A stretch of DNA of 64,000 bases from Octopus vulgaris (GCA_951406725.2 OX597817.1:130386001-130450000), one strand, 5' to 3'; positions 39,051-51,510 are shown, numbered from the stretch's first letter. The notes: generated by a model from the sequence alone, not told the origin. A program made the numbers and translations.

Positions 39051-39676
39051 GTCTAGTGGTTAGAAGATGGTAGATGTTCTCTCCCCTGCTTGTAATACAT
39101 ATCGGGTGCAAATTGCATCAAATAACCAGCTGAAGGGGACATCTTCTTGAGGCTAAAATTAGCAGTAACATCGGTCGCTATTGTTTCTAAATTACGTTTC
39201 ATTTTATGTTGGAAAATAATGGAAGTGGGTATTGTAATGGAGATAGCCAATTTCCATTTTTTTTAAACTTCAAGGCTTCTATTATTTGTAAGAATCTCAC
39301 GTAAAACAAATTTGAAAACGTCCGTCAAAACAGAAGAAATCCAAATTATGTAGGTGTGCTATCCGAAAGTATACATACATACATACATACATACATACAT
39401 ACATACATACATACATACATACATACGTGTGTGTGTGTGTGGTAATAGGTAAGTAAGATCGTGGGAATCAAGTGAAGGATGTTAGAAAGCTTCGAGCATT
39501 TATGCAGCTAATACAGATGATATAACGTGGAGAATATGCGATAAAACGAGTTTATTTTTATTAACATCGCAAGTCACACGTTTCGCCCCACATTGAAATT
39601 GAAAGGAATTTCGATGAGCTGACGGTTAACGCACAATTCGTGGCTTAGCAACTAATGTTGCTAAACATGCGAATAA

Positions 39677-39992
39677 AATCCAAGAAAGTAAGGAAGGAAA
39701 CAAATAAAACACCAACTACGAACGTTTCATAGTTAAGCGATGGTTATTACATAAGCTGTAACATACACAAAACCAACTTAGTTAATCTTCAGATCTTATT
39801 ACCTATGAGTCGTTTACATTGATAGTTCGTTTGTTCGTCTCACGCGATAATGTAAACAACTTATCGATTATAAGGCCTGAAGATTAGCTTAGCTGATTCT
39901 GTGTATGTTACAATTTATATGACAACCATCACTTTGCAATGAAACGTTCGTAGTCCGTATTTTACCTGTTCCACTCTTTACTTTCTTCGATT
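39677..39992. mobile_element. Older palindromic PLE-like element with HHR in both arms
   Basis: Diverged arms ~39677-39820 and ~39849-39992. GGC-CUGAAGA (39877)...GAA-ACGUUCGU-A-GUC (39941-39955) is mirrored at 39716-39792. Confidence 0.7.
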
Positions 39993-40145
39993 ATATATAT
40001 ATATCGTTTCAGCCATTTGACTGCAGCCATGCTGGAGCACTATTTTGAAGGATTCGTGTAATGGTTTCGAATTTTGGCAAAAGGCCAGCAATTCCATTGA
40101 CTCCAGGGTTCAACAGGTACTTACTTTATCGACTCCGAAAGAATT

Positions 40146-41258
40146 AAATCTGAGCTAAGAGCATTAAATATTTTGGGAGAAAGCAAGCGAATGTGTACGA
40201 CAACAACGACAAAAGAAATAATAATTTTCTCCGTTTTTCGTTTTTTTTTTGTTTTTTGTTTTTGTTGTACACATTCGCTAGCTTTCTTCCAAAATATTTA
40301 ATGATCTTAGCATAGATTTTTGGGGCCAGCCAGATTTGAACAGTCTCAAGTATAAACGGCCGAAATTGTAAGGATAATCTGGAAGCTTGAGAGAAGGCCA
40401 CCAATGGCTCACCCTTGTTTTTTTCCTGTCCGTCTTTTTGTTGTTTTTCCTGTCCGACTTCGTATAGTCAATCTGTCCGGATGTTTTATTGTCGTCTGTT
40501 GCGTTCTTGTTCTATTTTTTGGATTCATATATACATATAGCGGCGACTTTTTTACTCCTTCTTTTAGTCTCCCTCATACTTTTTTCTTTCTTTCTTTCCT
40601 TGCTCCCCTTCTCTCACATTTCTTGGCCTTCTCTTTCTTTAATCTACCTATTTTTCATTGCTTATCTCCTTTGTACCTTCTCTATGGTCCTTTTGACTTT
40701 TTCTCACTTTCTTGTTCTCCCCCTAAATCTTCAATCCCTCTGCCACCTACCTCTATCCTTTCCTTCCACATGATCAGTGTTCGGCCAAGCATGATCTTTC
40801 ATTCTTGACTCGCCTGCCAGACTCGAAACATCTCATTTCTGTCTCCTGACTTTCATCTCTTTCTTCATCAATGTTCCTGCCTCAATGCTTTCAGTCCACA
40901 CACGCCAGCTCAACTTGATTCGTCTCTATTAGTCGAAAGACACCTGCTGTTATTTTTTTGTTTGTATTTGTAATTGAGTAACATTTCCTCCATTTTTTCG
41001 TATTTTTTTGTGTATTTTTGTCTTTGTTGTCGCTTGCTTTTTCCAAAAATATTTAATACTCTTGACTTAAATTTTTGCGGCCAGCCAGATTTGAAGAGTT
41101 TCAAGTGTAACTGGCCGAAACTGTAAGGATAACCTGGAAACTTGACTGATGAGAGAAGGCCACAAATGGACCACCCTTGTTTTTGCCTGTCCGTCTTCGT
41201 ATCGTCTGTCTGTCCGGATGTTTTATTGTCGCCTGTTGTATTCTTGTTCCATTTTGGC
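40146..41258 (+). mobile_element. PLE-like element: 5' inversion plus tandem terminal repeats (~755-bp period), related to 14801-15683
   Basis: 40146-40205 is an inverted copy of 40262-40319. ~40225-40522 repeats at ~40985-41258. Both repeats contain the permuted HHR motif. Confidence 0.75.
41079..41162 (+). ncRNA. Candidate non-circularly permuted hammerhead (decayed; sister copy at 40324-40400)
   Basis: Two-copy consensus: GGCCAG-CCAGAUU-UGA-ACAGU-C^UCAAGU-GUAA-CUGGCC-GAA-ACUGU-AAGGAU-AAUCUGG-AA-ACUUGA-CUGAUGA-GAGAA-GGCCA. Confidence 0.6.
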
Positions 41259-41534
41259 GGGGGGGGGATTTATATGTGTACGTGTGTCTGTCTGTGTGTG
41301 TGCGTGCGAATTTGTATGTCTGTTTGTCCCTCCACCATCGCTTGACAACCGATGTTGGTGTGTTTACGTCCTCCTAACTTAGCGGCTCGGCAAAAGAGAC
41401 CGATAGAATAAGTACTAGGCTTACAAAGAATAAGTCCTGGGATCGATCTGTTCGACTAAAGTCGATGCTCCAGAAAACAAACGAATAAAATAATACACAC
41501 AACCACACATATATATGTATATATGTGTGGGTGG

Positions 41535-41580
<46 letters not shown>

Positions 41581-41595
41581 AGATAGATAGATAGA

Positions 41596-41962
41596 TAAGT
41601 TTCTTTATTGGCCACACAGGGCTGCACACAGATGGGACAAGTTACAAGGTAGAGCTTTTCTTTTGGGGGATGAAAAAAAGGGGTGGTGTAGGTTTTCGAT
41701 CAAGAGGGATCGTAAAAGGGAAGAAAAGAACAAAAAAAAATGGAAAGAAAAAAAAATAGAATAAAAAATAAAAAGAATAAAAGAAAAAAAAAGAAAGGGA
41801 AAAGGAACAAAAGAAAAGAGAAATGAAAACAGAAGAAAAAGGGGAAAAAAGGGGAAGAGGAAAAAAAAAAAAGGAACGATCAATGGGGATCGTGTATCAC
41901 AGTGTTATGATATATGGTGTAAAGGGGAAAGCAAGTAAAGTTTATCTGTGGGAAGAAAAGCC
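41596..41962 (-). mobile_element. 3' UTR fragment of a LINE (Tx1/L1-like, inferred) inserted in (GATA)n
   Basis: T-rich minus strand ending GGCCAATAAAGAAAC, with (GATA)n on both sides. Confidence 0.5.
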
Positions 41963-42308
<346 letters not shown>

Positions 42309-42852
42309 TGCATATACACAAATGCACACGCACACAGGCACATGTATTCGCATACAGGATAAGTACCACGATGAAATACTTTTGTATTATCTCGTATAGT
42401 TCTACCTGGCTAGTTTTATTTTTACCTTAACAACATATGTGTGTAAGTATTTATTGAAGGAGAGTATGTGTCTACGATTCTATGTTTGCACATGTATTTG
42501 CATGTTAAGATATCTGCATCGATACGATCTGTATGTGTTCATGCTTGTGTGCATGTACACCTGGGAATGTTTCCCTAAGTCTGATTATAGGCCTTGTGTG
42601 TGAGTATCTATACATGCAAACGTCTTCGTATGCCTATGTCCATGTGACTGAGTTTGTGCGTATGTCTGTGTATGGCTCTCTCTCTCCTCTCTCTCTCACT
42701 CACTCACTCACTCTTTCTCTCTCCCTCTCTCTCACTCACTCACTCACTCTTTCTCTCTCCTTCTCTCTCACTCACTCACTCACTCACTCACTCACTCACT
42801 CACTCTTTCTCTCTCCCTCTCTCTCGCTATATATATATATATATATATAAAT

Positions 42853-42942
<90 letters not shown>

Positions 42943-43969
42943 GTGTATGTGGGGGAGAGAGAGATGGGGGAGGTTATGTCTGCGCGTATACCAATGGGAT
43001 TATTTAAGGATGCATCTACGTGTGTCGGGTTTGGCAATACGTACGTGCAAATATATGAGTGATTGTCCCTCGATGCTTGTGTGTGCAAGTGTGTGGACAT
43101 GTATGAGTGTATATTCCTATGCGTGAGTGCCCACCTCTATCTGAGTGCCTACCTGTATGTGTGTTTCCGTGTATGAGTGTAAGTGTGAGAATATGTGTAT
43201 ATATAGTTAAATATGTGTATCTATATGTGTATGGAGTTCGTGTTTTCTGTATGTTTGTGTGGGTGTACCGATATATTGTTGCTGCTCTTGTTGCTAGGGC
43301 AGTTATGCCTATAGATTGTTCGAACATGTGATTCTTCTTATTGCTATTGCTATTATGGCTACTACTGCTGCCGTTGTAATTGTTGATGTTGTTGTTTTCC
43401 TTTGCTTTTATTGACAAAATTAAACTTGTTGCAGGTTAATTCATATAAGATGAAATGGTCGAGTGAATACAGAACTTCGCTGCAAGCTTCTCTTCTCTTC
43501 AAAGCCTACATAGAAACCACTCTTCTCCCACTATTCACTCAACCATCTCTGCGTGTTTCTCTCACAGTCTCTTTATCTATCTATCTCTACCCATGAGGAC
43601 CGAGTTATTTTTATCTCATTCACTTAGTCAATATCAGGTGTAAATGGCTTTATAGAAAAGCTAATACAAAGATTTCACACTAAGATAAATTTATGGTCAG
43701 CTTAGGTAATGGGTATGGTAACAGGGTAACAAAAATATATTTCGTGTTTAAAAGATTTTGAAAAGAAGTCGATGAGTGTGGCAAAGAAAAAAAAACATTA
43801 TTTAAAAAAGCAGTCTGTGTATCATACTTAAAGCAGATACATTACCGAAAGCCTAGTTAACTGCGGCATTTGTATTAAGACAGCATCTCTTATAGACGTA
43901 AAAAGGTTAAAAAGCGCAAATATTTATATATCAGTAGCAGACGAAAATCGTCTGGCAGCGGAGATGGCA

Positions 43970-44008
43970 TTACTAAATGCGCATTTCTGCCTCCTTCGTC
44001 AGTAACAA
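43970..44008 (-). ncRNA. Minimal hammerhead motif (degenerate helix II, AUU triplet)
   Basis: UUGUUA-CUGACGA-AGGAGGCA-GAA-AUGCGCAU-U-UAGUAA. It lies between direct repeats ATACTTAAAGCAGATACATTA at ~43824 and ~44172. Confidence 0.55.
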
Positions 44009-44484
44009 GTATCCACTGACAATCATATGCTAAGATAAAATCCACCGTTTCTAATATTGTAAAACAGTAATTGAAAAAAATCACTGATGTTGCAATTAGC
44101 CTAAAGGCTAAATAAAGAATTCGTTAGATGCAACAGAAACTGTATTAGTTTAAAATAGCATTCTATGCGTTATACTTAAAGCAGATACATTAGGATAGTG
44201 ATACATTATGTGTCATATTTAAATCTAAATAACACAGTAAAATAGTGAAGTGTAATAAAATATATACGGGTGTATGTTGAAGAAGCGAACCCGATATATA
44301 TGTGCTTCTTGCAGGAATACACCTACAACGCCAGGATTATGCTTTGATTTCATCAAGAGCTCGGCAGTCAAGTACGGTTCTTTAATATTAACCTAAATGT
44401 AGTTTTGATATTTATAACTAAACTACTACTGAAGTAAGATAATTAGAGCTAAATATGATATAGTTAGAGCTAAATACGATATAG

Positions 44485-44564
<80 letters not shown>

Positions 44565-44654
44565 GTGTGTGTGTACAGCAGATGAAAAAACAGTTGACAT
44601 ATCGCCTGTGGAATTCAAATCCAGCGCCTGTTGCAATCTGCATTAGCAATAGAG

Positions 44655-45135
44655 ATAGAATGTTGAATACGGAATGCATTTGCGGCAAGTAGTGTATGAA
44701 CCTGCGCGGTTTGAAAATCCACTTGGAGAAGATGAAATGTATACAGTCGATGCAAGCACTAAACTGCACAAGGCTTAATCATGATTATGCGGAGGGGAGC
44801 TACCACGAGAGCACAGTGACGTTCTAATCATACTCCTAAAGCTGAGACCGAATGTCACCTCAGAGGCACTCTCAGTTATGACTCGAAGGAGCTAAGCCTG
44901 AGCCACTGTATATTCTCAATGAACTCACCTGCAATTAGATGGAAAGGAACTTTTCCATCTAATTGGAATTCTGGGAGATCCTGGAGGTTGTATAAGGAAA
45001 GGGTAAGGTGGTTTATCAATGGAGTTGTGTAGAAGGTTGTGAATTCAACCTCAGAGTGGAAAAAGCTCAAAAATGGAAATATTACGGAATGTAACAGATG
45101 TTTTTTACCGAATGTCCGATGTTGCCGGTTCGAAT
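44655..45135 (+). mobile_element. Degraded N-terminal fragment of a Hero/NeSL-like non-LTR element
   Basis: Reads ECICGK*CMNLRGLKIHLEKMKC, resembling the C.CGK.C...RGLKIH...M.C zinc finger of RLE-type elements. Confidence 0.45.
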
Positions 45136-45158
45136 TTTGAGTCAACTTCTATCATCAA

Positions 45159-45199
<41 letters not shown>

Positions 45200-45200
<1 letters not shown>

Positions 45201-46118
45201 GTTTAAATATTTGTTGTGCAAGATTTTTTATGTGAAGTCGTGTGTTGAAACAGATATTGTTATATTTCGGAATGGTCATATTGCCAGTTTAGCCAATAAA
45301 AACACACGCACTATATATTTGGTGTTATTTTGCTTCAGTGATATTTATTTTTTACATTAATCTTAATCTTATTTCGGCCAAAGTTCTTTCGTCACACTCC
45401 TGTGACCGCATCAGTGGTCCTTTGTTTTCTTCTCACTTACTTGTGTCTCTCCTTACTAACCGTCAGCCATTTTGTATTTCTATTGTATGTCTTCATTTGC
45501 GCATGCTTATATCTCTATGTGCGTCTATGTTTATTTAGTGTGTGTGGGGGGGGTGCCTGTAATATTTGTATCTTCTGGTTATATACATTTTTGTAATTTG
45601 TATTTTGTTTTTGTTGTTGTTGCTTTTGTTCTAATTTTGTTCATGTGTTTACATCCACCCATTATTATCATTACATATTGTTGTTATACATACATACAAG
45701 CATATGTAATGATAATAATGGGTGGATGTAAACACATGAACAAAATTAGAACAAAAGCAATAACAACAAAAACAAAATACAAATTACAAAAATGTATATA
45801 ACCAGAAGATACAAATATTACAGGCATCCCCCACACACACACTAAATAAACATAGACGCACATAGAGATATAAGCATGCGCAAATGAAGACATACAATAG
45901 AAATACAAAATGGCTGACGGTTAGTAAGGAGAGACACAAGTAAGTGAGAAGAAAACAAAGGACCACTGATGCGGTCACAGGAGTGTGACGAAAGAACTTT
46001 GGCCGAAATAAGATTAAGATTAATGTAAAAAATAAATATCACTGAAGCAAAATAACACCAAATATATAGTGCGTGTGTTTTTATTGGCTAAACTGGCAAT
46101 ATGACCATTCCGAAATAT

Positions 46119-46126
<8 letters not shown>
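45200..46126. mobile_element. Large palindromic PLE-like element (~425-bp arms 45254-45678 and 45702-46126, plus a 54-bp unpaired tail) in (TA)n
   Basis: Near-perfect inverted arms, which also produce mirror-image ORFs in the track. An HHR motif lies at 45960-46004 (+) and 45376-45420 (-). Confidence 0.85.
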
Positions 46127-46200
<74 letters not shown>

Positions 46201-46203
<3 letters not shown>

Positions 46204-46380
46204 AAGAGTTTACGAAAAAAATAAAAGACGAAGACAGGTGGTGTACAGAACAAACAGATGTATTAGTATAACGATCAGGAATAGAAAAATTCTTTTACGT
46301 TTCGAGCCTACGCTCTTCTACAAAAAACGGCACAGAAAAAACAAGGAGAGAAAAAAAATGTGTGTAGTGGCTAACGATAT
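46201..46380 (-). mobile_element. Short PLE-like 3' end with variant hammerhead, in (TA)n
   Basis: Minus strand UUUU-UUGUAGA-A-GAGC-GUAG-GCUC-GAA-ACGU-A-AAAG (46292-46327), with the same helices II and III as 31509. Confidence 0.55.
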
Positions 46381-46385
46381 ATATA

Positions 46386-46587
46386 TTGTTTTACTTTGTT
46401 TCTGTCATTTGACTGCGGCCATGCTGGAGCACCGCCTTTAGTCGAGCATATCGACCCCAGGACTTATTCTTTGTAAGCCTAGTACTTATTCTATTGGTCT
46501 CTCTTGCCGAACCGCTAAGTTACGGGGACGTAAACACACCAGCCTCGGTTGTCAAGCAATGTTGGGGGGACAAACACAGACATACAA

Positions 46588-46662
<75 letters not shown>

Positions 46663-46792
46663 ACGGGCTTCTTTCAATGTCCATCTAGCAAATTCACTCA
46701 CAAGGCTTTGCCCAAGGTGCCACGCAGTGGGACTGAACCCGGAACCATGTGGTTGGTAAGCAAGCTACTTACCACACAGCCACTCCTGCGCC
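46386..46792 (-). mobile_element. tRNA-derived SINE (16119 family)
   Basis: Reverse complement of 16119-16500 with an internal microsatellite. Confidence 0.85.
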
Positions 46793-46793
46793 C

Positions 46794-46861
<68 letters not shown>

Positions 46862-47819
46862 ACGCATGCGTTCGTGTGTAACTAAATCAGCGTAAAAATT
46901 CAGGTGAACGTCGCCATTCCATAAAGATTAAGATGAGTACCCAAATAAGTACTGGAACCAACGTAACAGACTAAAGCTCTTTGAAAACGTGCTCTAGCAT
47001 GGCCGCTGTCCAATCACTGAAACTAATATGAGATCAAAATATCAAAGAACATGATTTTAAAAATCATGAAAAAAAAAAGTAATCAGAATATTTTTCACTT
47101 CAATTACATTTTTATGATTACTTCATACATTAAATAAATATAATATTTGGCTCCAAAATTATTGCGAGAAGCTTAGGCGGCTCCTCCGGGTGAATAGCCG
47201 TTATCTGAACCGTGAAATGCGTCTCGATTTGGGTTAGATATGAAGAATATTGATTCTCTACATCGGCAGATAGTCGAGGAACAAAAAATTAATAAATCAT
47301 TCAACAGGTACATTGAAATAGACGTGGATATTCAACTGTATTTTTCCTGTGTTTCAATAAGAACTTTTTTTATTCATTTATTTATTTATCAATTTTTGCA
47401 TAAATAAAATCTTCAGAGTTTATTTTCGAAGAACTCATCAATTCTATCGGTAAGTCATAAGCTGTCTTGGCGACATCAACAGTATTCTTTCGGTTTGTGT
47501 TTTTCTTTTTTAAATTAGCAAAACTTTTATCGTATTTCTTTCTTTCTTTCTTTTTTCCTTCCTTGCTTTCTTTCTTTTTCCCTTTCCTTTTTTTATTTTT
47601 AAAAATCACTGAAACTAAAACAGCTGTGTGTTCTTCAATCGATTCACATCTCGTAGATTTCAGTTCGTTAATGAAATTTTGCCAGCTGAAGAAAATATTT
47701 GGCATGAAATTCCAATTGAGTGAGCTTTCTCCAAAATTCATGGATTTTTTTTTTTTTTTTTGCTACACATCATAATCATCATATATTTACGTACACACAC
47801 ACACACATACACACATATA

Positions 47820-48525
47820 TCATTAAAGTATACAGTTTTATATATCCATTACCGCCGATCTTACTAATTGGTTTCGCACAGGGTGTCAAACTGAATGCCA
47901 GATAACAGCACGGTTATATAATACCGCGTAATCGTCAGAGCTAGCAGGTTTGAAAAAAAAATTAGCCAGAGTTCTCCGTTGTAGGAGGTGGAAAACTACA
48001 ACCGGTTTGTGTATGCTGTGAAAAAAGACGAAATGAACTGAACAAGGATTAAATTAAGAATTACTTCCCTTGGCCCCAAAGGTCTCTGAGTTGTAAGTCT
48101 ACAAGAGTTTTCTGAAAATGTGAGTAGGGATTGAGGGTTGGCAGTAAGGTTGGAACATGTGTAGGGGGTATCTTTTATTGGAAAAGGGGGTTGCTGGGAA
48201 GATATCTGTCTGTGTTCGTTTGTGTATGTTTTGGTTAAACTCTTTGTCGGATTCTCAGGATGTAATGGCGAAAATGTCGAAGGGGGAGAGCTGATGATAG
48301 TCATGAAGGCGCAGTAAGGTATACTTTTTTTCATGTAGGCAAAGACTATAAACCTCACTGCTGCAGTTTAGGTAGATGTATGGGTGTTGAAAGTTTTTCC
48401 ATATGGTTCTTTTCTGCTGCTATTAAAATAAACCATGCACTCCTCTGTGATTTTCCATTTTATGTTGTACTCCGTGACGCTTTCCTTTAACGACCATACG
48501 CGCTCGACCAGGGCTGTGGCATTTA
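47820..48525 (-). mobile_element. Penelope-like element 3' end: GIY-YIG C-terminal remnant, 3' UTR and HHR
   Basis: Minus strand ATALVERVWSLKESVTEYNIKWKITEECMVY and LNCSSEVYSLCLHEKKYTL match the PLE endonuclease C-terminus (T.LS..IW.LK....Y.I.W.I / LN.R.E....C.H..K..L). An HHR, CUGACGA...GC-GAA-ACCAAUUAGU-A, lies at 47856-47942. Confidence 0.7.
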
Positions 48526-48529
48526 GTCT

Positions 48530-49035
48530 CCAGCCTAAAATTTAGGGGAGAGGAGTTTAGTTGATAACAGCGACTCCAGTGCTCAACTGGTACTTATTCT
48601 TTTCTACTCTAGGCACAAGGCCCGAAATTTGGGGGGAGGGACCAGTCGATTAGATCGACCCCAGTACGCAACTGGTACTTAATTTATCGACGCCGAAAGA
48701 ATGAAAGGTAAAGTCGACGTCAGAGGAATTTGAACTCAGTGCGTAAAGTCGGTCAAAATGCCGTTAAGCATTTGTCTGGCATGCGAACGATTCAGCTAGC
48801 TCTCTGCCTTTGTGCTATAGAGTATCCTATCTACTCTAGGTACACGGCCTGACATTTTGAGGAAGGGTGATAATCGATTACATCAACCTCAGTCCTCAAC
48901 AGCACTTGTTTCATCGATCTCGAAACGATGAAAGGCAAAGTCGACCTCGGCGAAATTTGAGCTCACAACATAAGGACAGGCGTAAATGCTACTGAGCATT
49001 ATGTCGGCGTGCTAACGATTCTGCCAACGCGCTGC
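48530..49035 (-). mobile_element. Cluster of SINE copies (6264 family)
   Basis: Repeated ATGAAAGG.AAAGTCGAC..GGAATTTGAACTCAG cores. Confidence 0.75.
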
Positions 49036-49058
49036 TTTTATGCTATTAATATTAATTA

Positions 49059-49259
49059 CGAAGGGGTACTGAAAAGTTCCTGGCTTTGGGTAAAAGAAAA
49101 TACAGGGGGATCATTTAATTATGATTTTATTCAGACTCACACACTTATTGCAGTGGATCTTCAGTTTTTCTAAGCCCTGAAAAATGAACTTGGAGGGTTA
49201 GGCACCCACAATGCCTTTCGCGATACCCTTAAAGCCAGGAGCTTTTCGGCACACCGTTG
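49059..49259. mobile_element. Mariner-derived MITE (~200 bp; further copies at 55454-55652 and 56922-57133)
   Basis: TA-CGAAGGGGTACTGAAAAGTTCCTGGCTT ... AAGCCAGGAGCTTTTCGGCACACCGTTG-TA. Confidence 0.8.
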
Positions 49260-51510
49260 TACATTAACATCATAGGAGTAAATTTTTAATATGGTTATTT
49301 CTCGTCGCAGACATTCATCCAAGATAGGGCATCTCGCTATGTTGTACATTATGAAAATTACCTATGCCGCTAGCGTTAAGTGATTGGTGAATTATCTTGT
49401 AGAGATACAATAGTATAAAACGCTTTCTATACTATTTATTTGAATCTGATGGAATGACTGGTACACTGTGTCGTAATCGGCAGACTGCCTGGTAAGTAAT
49501 ATGTGCGCAGTTCGAGTCTCTTCGCCCGGCTTGTTAACCGTGGCGTATAATATATACCATAAGTCAACAACGTCAATAACCTTATTCATTGAGTCAATAA
49601 CATAATATGTTTAGAATAGTGATTTTTCTTATTACAATAAAAGAAAAGAAAAATAGCTTTCTTACTTTTTAAGTATCATCGGCAGAAATATTGCTATGGT
49701 GTTACATATATTTGTGATTGTATGTATGTATGTATGTATGTATGTATGTATGTATGTATGTAGATGACTTTTATCTTTTATCTTTACTTGTTTCAGTAAT
49801 TAGATTGCGGCCATGCTGGGGGCATCATCTTGAAGTATTTTTAGTCGAATGAATCAACTCCAGTGCTTTTATTTTTTTTAAGCCTGGGATTTTTGTTTAT
49901 CGGTCTCGTTTGCCAAACCGTTAAATTACGGGGATGTAAACACACCAGCACCGGTTGTCAAGCGGAGGTGGGTGACAAACACACACACACAGATAAAAGG
50001 AGCAAACTGCAAATGAATAAGGATTTGCGATGGCTTGTCTCACTTTTTAATTTCATAAATGCAAATGCGATTTTCATCTTATGGTAAACGTGCAAAACGC
50101 CCCCGTCCAATGGACGGTGCTGAGTTGTCAAACATTTAAACCAAATTTTCTCCCCTTTGAGAAACACTGATTTAACTTAAATTTGAGACACCAGCAAAAG
50201 AAGAAATAAAGATACTTTTTCTCGCGTACCCGTAGTATCGATCGCAACAGCTGATGTACTTGCGCGTACAAATGCAGGTTTCCACGGCTTTATCGATCGC
50301 ATTCTCACCTGGAATAGATTTTTGTAATTTTTCCAAGACTTGTACACACCTTGATACCGTCGGTATCTACTTATCAAATTTGAGCGCAATTGGATGGAGG
50401 ATACCCGAGATCCTAGAAGACACACACACACACACAGAACGGATTTTATATAATAGATTACTCTTTTGGCCTTAAAGTTTAAACCATTTTTTATGGGTTT
50501 CTAGAGGACTTTGTCAGAGATCGGTGTTTTAAACTTGAATGCGTAGGGGCTTCCCATCATGCTGAAAGCAAATCGCTCGACCTGCTAGAAATAACTACGA
50601 AATCATTTTCAAATCCATACCGTTTTAAAAACGGAATGTTACATGGGATAATGTTGTTCTAAATATTCTTAATGTCTATCGAAGGAAAAAACATAGACGT
50701 GATGGTCAAGACTAGAAAAACTTTGTATATAGGTCGATACAATCAGAGCTGACATGAGACTAAACAAACCCAACAAGAAGAACAATAACAACAACAATAC
50801 CTAAACCAAAATATATTGCGTTGTCAGGTAAATTTGTTCGTTTGTTTCCGATTTTATTTGAATGAAGACGAAAAATATTTTTATCTTTGTGTTTCGGTTG
50901 TTTTGTAGCTCTTTTATTCTTCTACAACTTTTATCGTCTTTGAAATTTGAAAAACATTTCCCCTCTTTTTAGATGTATGACGATGGGGTGCCAAGTAAAA
51001 ACAAAATAATCAATTTCGACACCTGCTAATTATTTTAAGACGTGTGTGAGTGCGTGTGTGTGTGCGTGTGTGTGTGCGTGTGTGTATGTATGTGCATGTG
51101 TGTGTGTGTGTATCTATACAGCAGAAGATGATTCGGATCTTTTCTGTTTGAACGGCAGTTTTTAACATAATTTCTAGGTAACTGAAAAATTTTAAACTTC
51201 GTATACTGGTAGAATGTGCTTATAAAACATCTTTTTCTCTTGGCTTTATTCAGAAAATTCTATAGTTTGTAAGATATTTGTGTTTTTTTTCTTCAATTTC
51301 TGCAATTTCAACCAATCAATGACGTCTATTGAGTTGAAAACATTCTGTGCCGTATGAATATGTACCTCGTTTAAGAAACAGATTGGGTTTATTTACATTT
51401 GTGAAGAAAAAAAGATACCCTTCCCCCCACCCCTAACCCTAACATAGCAGCAGGCGAAATGCCGCAAAGCATTTCGTCCGGCATGCTAACGATTCTGACA
51501 GCTCGCCACC

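Noticed and set aside
45338-46042. Identical ORF pairs on opposite strands
   Set aside because: They are a by-product of the DNA palindrome and show no protein signature.
49484-49500. Similarity to the U1 snRNA 5' end on the minus strand (TACTTACCAGGCAG)
   Set aside because: The match is only ~14 nt and the rest of U1 is absent.
50184-50457. Helitron-like 5' end (TCTATTATATAAA on minus)
   Set aside because: No matching hairpin or CTRR 3' end was found, so it was left uncalled.
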